A stretch of 64,000 bases of DNA, taken from Lama glama. Lineage: Eukaryota. The notes under the pieces are model-generated. The model searched no databases. It was not told where the DNA came from and saw only the letters and a list, made by a program, of their open reading frames with translations. This document shows, one piece after another, positions 13,995-27,484 of the stretch. Position numbers and translations under genes: made by a program. The DNA lies in NCBI GenBank assembly GCA_028534125.1, contig CM052816.1, positions 75,766,001-75,830,000 on the forward strand, read 5' to 3'. Every line of letters starts with the position of its first letter. Within the stretch, counting starts at the first letter, position 1.

Positions 13995-14720
13995 ATAGGC
14001 TTAGTTTGATCTTTATTTTCCAATTCTTTGAGGGTAAAGTTTTAGGTATTTTTACTTGAGATCTTTCTGTTTTTGACATAGGTATTTATCACTGTGTACT
14101 TCCCACTGAATTCTGCTCTTGCTATACCCTGTAGTATTAGTATATTGTATTTTCATTTGTCTCAAGATACATTTTAATTTCTCTTTTGATTTCTTCTTTG
14201 ACTCACTGGTTGTTCAAGGGTGTGCTGTTTAATTTGTACATATTTGTAAATTTTTCCAGTTTCCTTCTGCTGTTGATTTCTAGTTTTATTCCATTGTAGT
14301 CAGAAAAGATACTTGATATATCTTCTTAAATTTAAGGCTTATTATGTGACCTAAGATGTGATCTATCCTAGAAAATGTTCTATGTGTTCTTGAGAATAAT
14401 GTGTGTTCTGCTGCTGTTGGTTGAAAACATTCTATATATGTCTGTTAGGTCCCTTTGGTTTAAAGTATTGTTCAAGTCTTCTCTTTCCTTATTGATCTTC
14501 TGTCTGGTTCTATCCATTATCGAAGTTGGGGTATTGAAATCTACTAATACTTTATTGCTGTCTGTTTTCCCTTCAGTTCTGTCAGTGTTTGTACACTTAA
14601 ATGTTCTGATGTTGGGTGCATGTATACTTATATAATTGTTGTATCTTTCCGGTGAATTCATCCTTTCATTATTATATAATGTTCTTCTTTGTCTCCTGTG
14701 ACACTCAAGATACGTTATCA
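13995..14720 (-). mobile_element. Old L1 ORF2 endonuclease-domain fragment
   Basis: ORF 14380..14721 reads …HAPNI…DFNTPTSIMDRTRQKINKEREDLNNTLNQRDLTDIYRMF, L1 APE-endonuclease-like; disrupted. Confidence 0.85.
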
Positions 14721-15077
14721 TTATTATAATCTAAATTCTTGGCTTCAGAGATATGTATTCCTGGTATGTTTCTGATCATGAGTTTTCCTGGAAATCTGCA
14801 CATTCGTATGTTTGCCAAACTGCAGAAGCTGAGCAATGCATTTGCCTTGTTCTGAATCATAGTAACAGTACCTCTGTTTTAATAGACTTTTAGTCCTCAT
14901 CAGCAGTTTGTCAGTCACTTTCTTTCACATTCTGTAACTTTTTTTTTTTTTACCATAATCATCATTCAGTGGTTAGAGCATAGCTCTAATTTTCATCTTT
15001 ACAGTCTAATATGTTAAGGAAAAGAAGAGACAGAGCTGTGGATATTGTATGGATTATATTAAATACACTCACTTTTC

Positions 15078-15205
15078 TTATTTTCTGTTTTTTTCAATTA
15101 AAAAAATTATTCATTTATTTATTATGGAGGTACTGGGGATAAATAGAACCCAGGACGTTGTACAGCTAAGCACCTGCTCTGCTACTGAGCTATCAGCCTC
15201 CCCAC
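15078..15205 (-). mobile_element. tRNA-derived SINE (Vic-1-like), diverged
   Basis: Same family head; imperfect TSD aaataYactcaYttttc at 15061-15077 and 15206-15222. Confidence 0.85.
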
Positions 15206-15264
15206 AAATATACTCATTTTTCAAAACAAAGCAGACAAAAAACTCTGACCTTATTTCCCCCTAG

Positions 15265-15618
15265 GCAATTCGAAGTTTTCAAGTAGCCCTTCACATCTAT
15301 CCAATGAACCCTGAAATGTGGAAAGAAGACCTTTCTTGGGCAAGAACACTACAGGAGCAGCAGAAGGTAGCACAGAGGATTAAAAAAAGTGACGCATCCG
15401 CAGAGGTAACGCAGTTCTCACCAAAGTCAATTCCTGACTATGACTTTGAAAGTGATGAGATTGTTGCTGTTTGTGCAGCTATTGCTGAAAAGCAGAAGAC
15501 GGTTTCCGCAAGTAAAACAATGGTTATCGTGTCGGCATCCGGGACTGTGGAGACTGTAACTGAGGAGGAAGATGGTGCTGCACCTCCAGATGGCTCTGTT
15601 TTTATCAAAGCCCGGTGA
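15265..15618 (+). CDS. TTC33: TTC33 last coding exon
   Basis: Branch-like ctctgac + ttatttccccctag|GCA ATT CGA; AIRSFQVALHIYPMNPEMWKEDLSWAR...PPDGSVFIKAR, stop TGA 15616-15618; contains ORF-track 15304..15618. Confidence 0.96.
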   Translation, partial: AIRSFQVALHIYPMNPEMWKEDLSWARTLQEQQKVAQRIKKSDASAEVTQFSPKSIPDYDFESDEIVAVCAAIAEKQKTVSASKTMVIVSASGTVETVTEEEDGAAPPDGSVFIKAR

Positions 15619-17385
15619 AGCTTAGCAGGCAGAGTTTGAGTCTGTGTTGTCACTTACACAGTTTTAGGCATAGGGACATTTATTCTGGAGAAACAGGGTA
15701 AAACTCCTGTTTGTAAAATATGTTTTTCAGATGAGGCATATGAAAACTAAATGAAAGAATTATTGTACAGTGTTTGGACTGTGCTTTCATAAGTTATGTT
15801 TTCAGCTTCTTAAGATTAAAATTCTGAGTACAGTGGGTTTTGATTAATAAACTTAATTTAATCCAGATATATAAGTGAATGCATTTTAAAGACAACTTGG
15901 AAAGTACATTCTCAAATAGTGAATAACTTCATGGCCAGTGTTATTAAAATGTTGACTTGTTGACTTTGTGTGCTGATTAAGGAAGTAGGTGATATCTTTC
16001 CCTGCTACAAAGATACCACTGCTGCTGTTCACTCTTCTATTTTTCTTGTTTCATTAGAGTAGAGTCACAAAGCTTGAATCTTTTTGACATTCATTTTGAT
16101 TCAAAGTTGGTTTTATGTGGAATCTTCGAAAGTCCAGCTGGAAATGCATGCAAATATGTACATTCTGAACATCTTCTGAAGTTTCTCTTAATTCTGATTT
16201 GTGCTTATGTTTTGACTTAAAATTATAACAATGGTAAGTTGCCACCTTCAGTATTTGTTAAATGTGTGAAGTACTGTTAAATGTCAGAATTTTTTTTTTA
16301 ATATTAAAGTAGATAGTCCTTACCACAAGCAAGTCATTTTTAAGATGTGCATTTTTTTAAATGAGTGGCTCTTACGGATAAATCATAACAAATTGTACTG
16401 CTATATTGTCCCAGTCAAAAGCAGTATTTTCTTTTCCTTGCTTTTAAAAGGTTAAAAATCTTGAACATAACTTAATTTCTTTCTTATAACTTTCTAGCTG
16501 ATGATTTAGAATTCCTTTTCTAGGTAACTTTTCTAGAACTAGTCAGTGAAATGAGAAACAATCACGGTTTTAAATAGCTAAATTATATCTTTCTATAAAT
16601 TAAAATGTAGGAGTGTTATTAAAGTGCCAATGAGTGAATACCTTAGGCACAACATACTAGAAACTGAAATGTGATCTACAGTGCAATCCCATGGGTAAAA
16701 GAGGATATATTGAAGAGGATATTTCATTGAAAGGCTACAGTCACATCCACAAATCAATACTGTCATTGCTAATGTTAATTATTATTTTTATACTACGTAT
16801 GTTATAGTACAGTTATATAGAACTGCTGATATTGTTACTTCTGAAACTCAGGAAGCTATTATTAGTTGAAAATTAATTTTATACTTGTTAGAGATGAAGT
16901 AAGCTTCTTTATTTTAAGGAATTTTACCTTACCCTCTTGGAGCATGTGCATAATGGAGTACATTTTTCTGCAATGGTTTAGAGAACATTTCTTTTAGTGG
17001 AATGCTTGCCTCTTTTTTTAAGAGTTGGAGAAGTCAGCATTTGCATTGGAAAGTATTATATTTTTCTCCAAAGTTATACCAGAAAGTTAGTTCTTGTTAG
17101 ATTAGTTTTAGAATGATCCAAAAAACAAATATTAATTCTACTTTATTTTGTTGAATAAGGAATATTGTCAAACGGTGGATAGTTGGGTATCTAGAGGGGT
17201 GAGCACTTACCATCTGTTGTTTTGAGTAATGAGTATTTGTTTATTGTGTAATTTGTGAATAAACAGGGTTTTTTTCTCCATTTAAAGATTTGCCTATTAT
17301 TTTGTGTTGTTAGCTTTTGAAAAATTGAATTGCTTTATTTAATTTCCTTCTTATGTGAAAATAAAATATGTAAGCACCTTGTATG
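15619..17385 (+). other. TTC33: TTC33 3'UTR with candidate poly(A) signals
   Basis: AT-rich tract with no recognised repeats after the stop; AATAAA at 15846-15851, 17258-17263 and 17360-17365. True 3' end not determinable from sequence. Confidence 0.55.
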
Positions 17386-19699
17386 GTGTCTTGCATGTGA
17401 TGTATTCAGTAAATGCTATTTCTGTAGAATTCTGTAGAAGAACTTGAGTTAATTTTGAGTTATTTAACCTCCTTTCTTTTGATTTTAAGAAAGGAGAAAT
17501 TCTTTGTGGAATTTCTTCACCTGAAAGTGGAAAGCCACTTCTTCTGGTATCATAGGGCAGAAGGGACTATTCTTGGTGTAAGGTCTATATGTCAACCCAA
17601 AAGAAGCAAGACCGAGGATGGAGTACATGTAGCCACTAGATTCTGTTTATGAACCTCTTGTTTCCTCTGTATTGACATGGGGTAGGCCAGCTTAGTCCCT
17701 TCCTTACTCAGAGATAAGACATAAGATGGTTTAGATGTAAGATGGAGTAGAGAAAGAAATAATGAATTATGGAGAAAGAAGGCAGCTCATTTCTTCAGGC
17801 CCCCAAAGATGCTTAGCTAACACTCTTCTGTGCATGAAGAGAAAATGGCGTGTTTTATTTTATAAGGATGTGAATACTGATAGATCTTACTAAGCTTGCT
17901 TATGGCAATAAATTCTTTTGAATCTGAAAGAAAAATAATTGATGTTCATGATAGTGATATAACTAAAGATATTTAATATACTTCCTGAAACAACCCTGTA
18001 AAGACTAAAATTATATTGAATATAATTTGTATTTTTCTTGTTTGAAAATTGTATGGCATAGACGCTCATTGGTCGGAAAACCACCCATCCAGACCATGCC
18101 TGATAATTTGAGAATCATTTATTATTCTCTAGACATCAGTTCTTAGATTATAGAGTATTTGTCTTAAATGTGCTAACAAATACTACATAAACATTGAAAA
18201 GTCACACACGAAATAGATCACAGAACCTAGATCTACTTTAATTGGGGCCTATGTACACAATTTTATGGTAGTCAGAGTATGAAATCAGCTTTTAAATTGG
18301 TGTTCTGTGTCGAAACTATAATGAAGACTTTAAATAAAAAAGTTTGTCTCAGAAAGCTAGAGTTTCCATGATTATAACTGACCAGTATGGCCTTTTCAGT
18401 TTGAAAATTGTTTTATATAATGATGTCAAAAGCTTGTTTCACTGCCTTTCCTAGCAGTAGGAAATTTTGAATAAAGAAATGATTATTTCTTTAATTTCAG
18501 GCTTCATGAGTCAGAAGCCCTTCTAAATTGACTCTGGACTTTAATTTCATGACATACCTGTATCTAAATGAGTTATGAGTTGACACAAGGACCATAGTTC
18601 TATAATGATCTTAAATCAATGGGTATATTAAGTGTCTTTTTCCTAAGAGATTATTATGAAACTGATGGTGTATTTTGTAATTGATGACATTTTAGGATTG
18701 AAAAAGTAATGTTTTTTTAAAATAATAAAATTCACAAATTTATAATTGATTTACTCATTACCAGAGTAAATTAAAACGAAATATGTCACTTTAGTCACAT
18801 GTGGTTAAATATGCCCACTTGAATGGAAGAGAAGGGTTAGCCCTGTAGCTAGTGTACCGTGAATTGTGCCTTAACATGTTGTTGTGTGAACTTGGCTGCT
18901 GTGTGTGCCAAGGTGGAAGAAAGGTTGAGAAATGCTGATCTACGTTGTTGGGAAGACAGAAGGTGAGAATGGCCTTTTTCCTACACTGTTGCTTTGGACA
19001 TCCATTAACTAAGGAATTCCAGTCTCTCCCTTTTCTCCTCTCTCCCACCTCCCCAGTCAAGGGAGTTTAGGATAAAGAATTGGACATACAAGCCCCGGTC
19101 TGCCTTTTTTTTTTTCTTTTTTTTTGGATGCCTATAGAGAGCCTATGTTGTGATCTCTTGCCAGAAATGTTGTATGCTTTGCAGTGAAGGCTCTATGTCC
19201 CTGAGAGAAGACCTGTGGTTGTGCAGGCCTGCCCATGCCGTAAGTGAACATGTCTGATTCTAGGTTTGATATTAGGTGGCCATTGTTGGCACAAACCTAA
19301 ATTACATCCTCTAACCTAGACTTCTTCAGCGGTAAATCTGACATATTAAATCTCTGCATGACTCTTTTTGTCTTTCAAGTGGCTCAGAAGTCAGGAGGGG
19401 ACAAGGGGTGTTATTTTGACTCCCTCAAGCCCTAGGAAAGTTTAGTGCAGATTATATTTCAAAGTAAGCATGAGACAAAACCCAAACTGGGAACTTTTCT
19501 CTAATTTTAGATTTTTTTTTTAAGTCACGGCAATTCTATTGAAAATGGGTGATATTAGTTACAAGGCAAAATGCAAACGTTTGTTCAGGATATTTAAAAG
19601 GGCTACTGACTTGACATGATAGACCATGATTTTGACTCTAGATTTAATTTGAAGGAAAGAATGTAAAACAATCATGGTTTCCTCTGCCCACCCTGTCAA

Positions 19700-22600
19700 C
19701 TTTCTTGAGAATAATTTACATATAATAAGAGGAACTCATTGTAAGTTTACAGAGAAGAGTTTTGACAAGTGTGAACACCCATGCCATCACCATTATCATC
19801 AAGATGTAGAATATTTCCATCCCAAAAAGTTCTCTAATGTTCATCTGTAGTCAGTTCTCCTTCACCCCAACAACTATTCAACTACAATTTTCATTCTGTG
19901 ACTATAAATTAGATTTGACTTTTCTAGAATTTCAAATAAAGACCCCATGCAATATATACTCTGACCTTTTTCACTCAGCATAACACTTGAAATCCATCCA
20001 TGTTGAGATTCATCTGTGCATTGTATATATCTTATTGCTGGGTATTATTCTGTTGTATGGATATACCACAATTTGTAACTGTTCACATCAATTGATGGAC
20101 ATCTAGGTTGTTGATGGACATCTAAGTTTTGACGTATTATGAATAAAGCTGCTACATACATATGTCACAAGTCTGTGTGTGGATATATATTTAAATACTT
20201 GAAAGTGGAACTGCTGAGTTTTACGGTCAGTATATGTGTAGCTTTAGAGGAAACGGAATCTTTCAAAGTATTTATGCCATTTTGTGATCCAGCCATCAAT
20301 GTGTTGTGCCATATCCTTGTCAATGCTTGGTATTGCCATTGGTTTTCATTTTAGTAACTTTAGTGGGTGGGTAGTGGTATCTCATGGTGGTTTTAATATG
20401 CATTTCCTTGGTGATGTTGAGCATTGATTGCTTCATATGTTTGACATTTTTATATCTTTTTGAGAAGTGCTTTTTCAGATATATTGACCATTTTTTTATT
20501 TGGGTTATCTTGTTGAGTTGTAAGAATTTTTGTCCATATTCTGGATAAAAATCCTTTATAAGATATGTTTGTGAATATTTTATTTCCATGTGTGGCTTGC
20601 TTTTTTTGTTGTTTTTTTAATGATAAATTTTGAAGAGCAGAAGTTTTTAATTTTGATGGAGTCCACTTTACATATATATATATTTAATGGTCGTCCTTTT
20701 TTGTGTGTTGAGAAATCTATGCTTACTCCAAGTTTGGAAAGATTTTCTCTGTTTTCTGCGAGAAGTTTTACAGTTTTATCTTTTATAATTAGGTCTGTGA
20801 TTTAAATTAATTTTTATGAAATGTATGAGGTAAAGGGTTAGGTTCATTTTTTTGATTTTCAGTTGGTCAAGTACTATTCATTAAAAATCTGCCCTTTCCT
20901 GTCAAAATACCTTCACCACGTTATTTGAAGTTCTGTCTGAATTCTACATTCTGTTACACTGATCTATATTGTATATATTCTTACGCCAATACCACACTGT
21001 CTTGATTACCAGAGATTAAAACTTGTAGTTTTAAAAATCAGTGTGATTTTTCCAACTTTGTCTTTTTTTTTCTTAAGTTATTTAGCTATCCTAGTTTCTT
21101 TCATATACGTTTTAGAATCATTTGTCTCTATCTACATGCAAGTCTGCTGGGATTTTGTTTGGAATTGTATTGAATCTATAAATCAGTTTGTGAAGAATTC
21201 CTGTTTTAACAATATCACATCTTTGAATCCATGATCATGGCATAATTGTCATTGTTTTGGGTCTTTAATTTCTTAGTGATTTTTTTAGTTTCCTGTGAAT
21301 AAGTTTGTTTCCCATGTTTTTGTTAAGTTTATTCCTAAGGATTTCATATTATTTGATGATGTTACAAGAAGTGTTTTTAACATTTCGTTTTCCAATTTGA
21401 TATTATTACATAGAAACATCAATTTTTGTGTACTGACCTTGTAGCCTACAACCTTGATCATTCACCTATTAGTTGCATTAGCTTTTTTAGATTCTTTAGG
21501 CTCTTCTACATATAGTCATGTGAATAAAGATAGTTTTCCTTCTTACTTTCCAAACCATTTGGCTTTTATTTTTTAATTTTTTTAGATTGTATATTTTATT
21601 TATTCATGTATTTATTTTTATTTAAGTATAGTTGATTTACAGTATTGTGTTAATTTCTCATGCACAGCATAGTGATTCAGTTATATATTTCCTTTTCATA
21701 TTTTTTCATGATAGACTATTATAAGATATTAAATATAGTTCCCTGTGCTATACAATAGGACTTTGTTGTTTATCTTTTATATATATAGTGGTTAGTATCT
21801 GCAAATCCCGAACTCTCAATTTATCCCTCTACCCCTTCCACTTCCCCCCTGGTAACCATAAGTATGTTTTCTAGTCTTTGAGTTTGTTTTTGTTTTGTAA
21901 GTTTATTTGTGTCACTTTTAAAAATTCCACATGTAAGTGATATTATATGGTATTTTTCTTTCTGGCCTACTTCACTTAATATGACAATTTCCAGGTCCAT
22001 CCATGTTGCTGCAAATGGCATTATTTTATTCTTTGTGGATGAGTAGTATTCCATTGTATATATATATATGCACCACAATTTCTTTATCAAATCATCTGTC
22101 GATGGACATTTAGGTTGCTTCCATGTCTTGGCAATTGTTAGTGTTGCTATGAACATTGGGGTGCATGTATCTTTTCGAATTAGAGTTTCTTCTGAATATT
22201 TGCCCAGGAGTGGGATGATTAATGACATGGTATCTCTTGCCTTATTACACTGGCTAGAACCTCCAGTATAATGTTAAATGGAAGCTGTGAGAATAGATAT
22301 TCTTGCTCTGTTTATAATCTTTTGGTCTGTGACCATTAAGTATGATGGTAACTATAGTTCTTACATGTCCTTTATTAAATTGAGGAAGTTCCTTTCCTAG
22401 TCTAGAGAATACCTTTTATCATGAGTGGGTATTGAATTTTGATAAATGTATTTCCTGCATCCATCAGAAGATCATACATACGATTTTTCTCTTTTATTCT
22501 GTTAATATGATGAATTACATGTGTTTTTAAAATGTCAAATCAATTGCATTCCTAGGATAAGCCCTACTTAGTCATGATGGAGTATCCTTTTTAGGTCTCA

Positions 22601-22900
22601 TTTGATTCAATTTGACATTTCATTAAGGATTTTTATGTCTGTGATTTCTATGTTCATGAAAAATATTGGTCTATGGTTTTCTAATGTATTTTTTAGTTCT
22701 TGAATCAGGATAATGCTGACCTCATTTTAAAAAAAAAAAGCTGAAAAGTATTTCCACCTACTCTTTCTCAAAGAATTGCTATAGATCTGGTATTTCATTC
22801 AATAGTATTTAATAGAACTAACAAGCATTATCACCTAGAGCTAGCATTTTGTTTGGGAGAAGGTCTTAAGTTAATTACAAATTCAGTTTCAAAAATAGCT
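19700..22900 (-). mobile_element. Old L1M element interrupted by a younger L1
   Basis: L1 3'UTR then degenerate ORF2 (ORF 20320..20589 …MHIKTTMRYHY…); the old sequence resumes after ~22230. Confidence 0.75.
21570..22225 (-). mobile_element. Younger L1 3' end nested in the old L1
   Basis: ORF 21821..22228 …CTPMFIA…[14 protein letters not shown]…[11 protein letters not shown] is the L1 ORF2 C-terminus; T-rich tail at left. Confidence 0.88.
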
Positions 22901-25407
22901 ACAGTGCAGACCTTGTCAATTGTGTCACACTGAGTGATAATACAGTTTGATTAAATTAGGATCCAAAAAAAGTCCATCACTGCATTGTTATGACTCTTAG
23001 TCTTTTGTAATCTGTAGGTTCCCCTTCCTTTTTTTCCCCTCGCAATTCATTTTTTAAAAACTAAGTCATTTGTCCTATAGAATTTTCCACGTTTTATATG
23101 TTGTTTATTGCATCTCACCTAATGTGATTAATGTTCCTCTGTACCTGTGTTTCCTATAAACTGATTAGATTCTGGCAAGAATACATCATGGGTGGCTTTG
23201 GGTACTTAGACCAGAAGTTAAATATTTCTGGCTTTTTCTCTTTGTAATGTCAGCAGCCATTGACTGTCATTGCCTAGATTATTAGGCACTACAAAGTGGT
23301 GGTAATTGTTAGACTTTTGGCGCTAGAAAACGTCTTTGAAGAAAAACTTCCTCTTGTCAGCTATTTTGTTACCTTGGAAACAATGTATGTGGTACAGGCA
23401 GTTTATGTAGTGGAGGCTTTGTTCTTCCCCTGTATTTAGCACTTTTCAAAATAATAGGTCATTTTCTGCCTATCATTAGGATTACTGTTTTTTGTTTTCC
23501 TTAGGAAGGCGAAGGAGAGTGGGAATAGATGAGTATTTTATGCATCAGCAGGCTCAGCAGTGACAAAAAAAGGTTATTCTCTAGCATCTTCTAAGGGTGA
23601 CTGGTGAGGTGTTTTGTTTTATTTTTGTATCATTATGAAGTCATGTGCTGAGACATACGTGTTTCAGTCCCTGCAGTTATTATACTGAATTGATGTTGTG
23701 TGTATCCTGAATTTCAGTAGATAATGCCAAGTTCGTTTTCTCAAAATGGTTCTATCAGTCTTATACCCCACTTACAGTGTGTTAGAGTTTCTAAAGCATA
23801 CTAGGTATTTTCAGACTATAAAATCTTTACAAATATGATTGGTGTAGAAGGGTATATATACACCATTGTGACTTCACTGCTTATTCACTTTTAGAAATTT
23901 ATGACATGAACTATTGATTTTTTATTATAGAGGAATTTGACTTGGGTCTCTTACATTTCCGCAGTATATTTACTTACTACTTCTGCTTCCAATCCTAATA
24001 AAGTTGATTATAATTTTGGCTTCAATCTATATTCGTTGTTACATATGACTAATTATTACTCATAGTTGATCTCACCTTGTCTTTTATTTTACCTTCCTTG
24101 TACTTCTCTGTTTTTCATGGAGTCAATAATTGCCTTGTTTTTTTCCATTTTTTAGTTTCCATATTACAAAATTCTCCCCTCAGTATTGCCAAAAATCAAA
24201 TAATCTGTTCATTTTCCTGTTTTTAGCCTAGGGACGTCCTAGAGCCCCTCTCCTGCCTCACTCTGATTTCCCTGTGCTCTTGACCTGCTGCAGCCTGTTG
24301 CCTTGAGGTCTCTTTCATCATTATGCTTGGAAATCTTTTTGTCTCTCCCATGCATTGAACTCAAGAAAGAGAAATATTCACCTAATTGTTCAGATTTGAG
24401 TGTATGGACTTGCTGTGGTTGAAAGTTGTTAGGATACAGGTATGTCCAGTACGCTCTTCCGTCCTCTTTCGTGGTGTGGAAGGGGGTGGGTGGCCTGGAG
24501 CGATAAATATGAAGTTGTGAGTGAATGGTAGAGATACTGATATTGATATTAGGACAAGAAGCTCTCTGTCTTCTCTTCTTTTCCAAAGTGCTTCCAGCCT
24601 AGGGCTAAAGCCCCGGGTGTGGCCCAGGGCAGCTCCAGGCTGAACAATAGGGTCAAATGTTCTCTCTCTGCTTTTCTCTGATTCCATTCTGGTTCCCATT
24701 TCTTGGGATCCCTGGAGAGTAATTGTGATCTTATAGATCATATTTAACAGCATCTTACTCAGATTCAGTGGTGGTGGGAAAGGCAGGAGGTTGGGGGAGC
24801 AGTGGGAAGAGAGCAAATTTCATGGCTTGTTTTTTTCTGAAACTGTTACAAGTAGTTTAGGAAAAATGATGGATTCATATAATGCAGATGTTTCTGCATT
24901 AAGGTCTAAGGTAAAAGGCGTAGCTAACAGTGAATACTACTATGCCTCAATTTCTCCATGGTTCTTTGTGTTTGTGATTCCAATAAGAAACTTGTGGAGA
25001 GAGGTGGCTGTACTTTGGGAAATGACTCTTGCATTCCATGGTATTCTGGGTCAAAGTACCATTTTAATAGCTGAACGAATCTCACAGTCTTTTCTAACAC
25101 ACTTGACCTGGTTGGTTTGATTTTGAGATTGTCTTAAAGATTATGAGATGGTTTTAAAAATATCTTCCTGTTTGCTGTATCCTATTGGGACCAGGTGGGA
25201 TTTAATATCAGACAGGTAGACAGTCAGAACTTCCCTGCATGGAAAGTTTGATGCTCTAAATTGTCAGAAACAAGTTTCCCACAACAGAAAACTGTCTTCA
25301 CATAACATACTTGTTAAGTATTATAAGTTAATGTGGAATGGATAGCAAATGGTGCTGAAGTTTTTCTTCCTGTGGCTGTTCTTAGAATAAGCCAGACTCA
25401 ACAATAA

Positions 25408-25784
25408 ATAGACTGTATCCCTCTGTACCCCTCTGAAATTCATATGCTGAAGCCCTAACCCACAGTGTGACTGTATTTGGAGATACGGCCTTTAAGGAGG
25501 TAATTAAGGTTAAATGAAGTCATAGGGGTGGGCCTTAATCTAGTGTGACCAGTGTCCTTTTAAGAAAAGAGACACCAGGGATGCAAGTGTACAGAGAAGG
25601 CCATGTGACACAGCAATAAGACAGCTGCTGCGAGCCAGAGAGAGAGAGGCCTTGAGAGACACCAAATCTGCCAGCACCTTGATCTTGGACCTTCAACCTC
25701 CAGAACTGTGTGAAAATAAATTTCTGATGGTGAAGCCAACCAGTCTGTGGAATTTTGTTATGGCAGCCCTAGCAAACTAATGCA
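25408..25784 (+). mobile_element. MLT1A-like MaLR solo LTR
   Basis: aaattcatatgctgaagccctaacc…gtatttggagat…ggcagccctagcaaactaat, typical MLT1A words. Confidence 0.8.
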
Positions 25785-26590
25785 GATATATAATCCAATT
25801 TAAAAATACACAAAGATTGGAATAGACATTTCTCCAGAGATCCACAAATGGCCAGGAAGCGTATGAAAAGATTCTCAGAATCATTTGTCACTAGGGAAAT
25901 GCAGATCAAAACCACAGTGAGCTGCCACTTCATACTCATTAGGATGACTATCATAATTAAAAAAGATAATAACAAGCGTTGATGAGGATGTGGAGAAATT
26001 GAAACCCTTGTATATTGCTGATGGGAATGTGAAATGGTACAGTCACTTAGGAAAACATTTGACAGTTCCTCAAAAATTTAAACAGATAGTTAATATATGA
26101 CCCAGCAATTTCACATTCAGGTATATAGAGAATTGAAAACATGTTCACACAAATATTTGTACTATACATGGCTATAAGCATTATTAGTAACAGCCAAATA
26201 ATGGAATCAACCCAAATGCCCATCAACTGATGTAACAAAATGTGGTATATCAATACAGTGCAAAGTTATTCAGCCGTAAATCAGGAATGAAGTACTCATT
26301 CTTGCTACAACATGGATGAACCTTGAAAATAAAGGCCACATATTGTATGATTCCATTTATGTCCAGAATAGGCAAATCCATAGAGATACAGTTGTTGCTA
26401 GGGGCTGGGGGAAAAGGTGAATTGGCGGGGACTGCAAATGGGTGTGTTGTTTCTTTTTTGGCATGATGCATATGTTCTGGAATTAGACAGTAGTGATGGT
26501 TGCACTCAGCGAATATGCTAAAATAAAATGCCTTACAGGGAAAACTTTTTATTGTATGTGAAATTTATTTCAATAATGAAAAAAAGAATA
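25785..26590 (+). mobile_element. L1MB-type ORF2 end and 3'UTR
   Basis: gaaatgcagatcaaaaccacagtgag…ggtacagtcactt…atttcaataa + A tail. Confidence 0.8.
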
Positions 26591-27484
26591 GGGCAGAATC
26601 AGTGTTCTGGATGGTGCGCCTGAAGTAAAGGGTGAATGAAACTATGCCTTTAGACTATGAGCAATGCTGACTTCTGAATGAGGCTTTTGTTTTCCCCCCA
26701 TGAACACTGGTGGTGCATACATATATTCATTAATATATAAATCTAGATGTCATCTCGTTGTCCGTATACTTGGAAGAAAACAAAAGCCTCTTTCACAGGT
26801 AAAATATTATCTGAAAACATTGTTTCTTAGTCATCGGTTAGTATGGTGAAACAACATTTTACAAGTTTGAGCCAGATCCGCTTTTCTGAGTTAGCCCTCC
26901 CTCAGCTGAAAATCACTAGGCCATCAGGTCTGTGAAGATGATGGTCTTGTTTTTCTGGTACCATCCAAAAATATCTTTTAAAAATTTGCAGACAGAAAAT
27001 CACGACCTCACCCCTGGAGACTGTTGCTACTCAGTGTGTCTGCACCCTGGCAGTGTCAGCATCACCTAGGACCCACCCTGGACCTACTGAATCAAACACT
27101 GTGATTTCACAAGCTTCCCAGATGACTCTGATGCATGCTAAGTTCCGATCTAGAGAATTTACAAATAGGAAGGGCCACGAGTTTATGCTAATTTTTTATA
27201 ATAAATATTTGGATTCTTACATGTAGCAAGTTAAGCATAACACTGTCTCCCCTACCACCTGGACAAACTGGTAATTTTCAGTACACTTCGCACCCAGATC
27301 TTGGTTTCTAAATATCATTCTTCACTAAATGGATCCAAGGCTTTTACTATTCTGGCAACTTTTATCTACCTTTGACATTATTTTAAAATAAAAAAATTTA
27401 AGTATTTCAATTTAAAAAGATACAGAAGATGACCTGAAACAAGCAAACAAAAATCACACACATTTTCCAAAACCGAGGATATGG

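Noticed and set aside
14375..14721. L1-derived ORFs (also 21821-22228 and 47467-47709) as functional genes
   Set aside because: Truncated, disrupted fragments of L1 ORF2.
24226..24605. agcctaggg direct repeat flanking ~370 bp with short ORFs
   Set aside because: A 9-bp match with no poly(A) tail or identifiable insert, within degenerate old-repeat-like sequence; could be chance.
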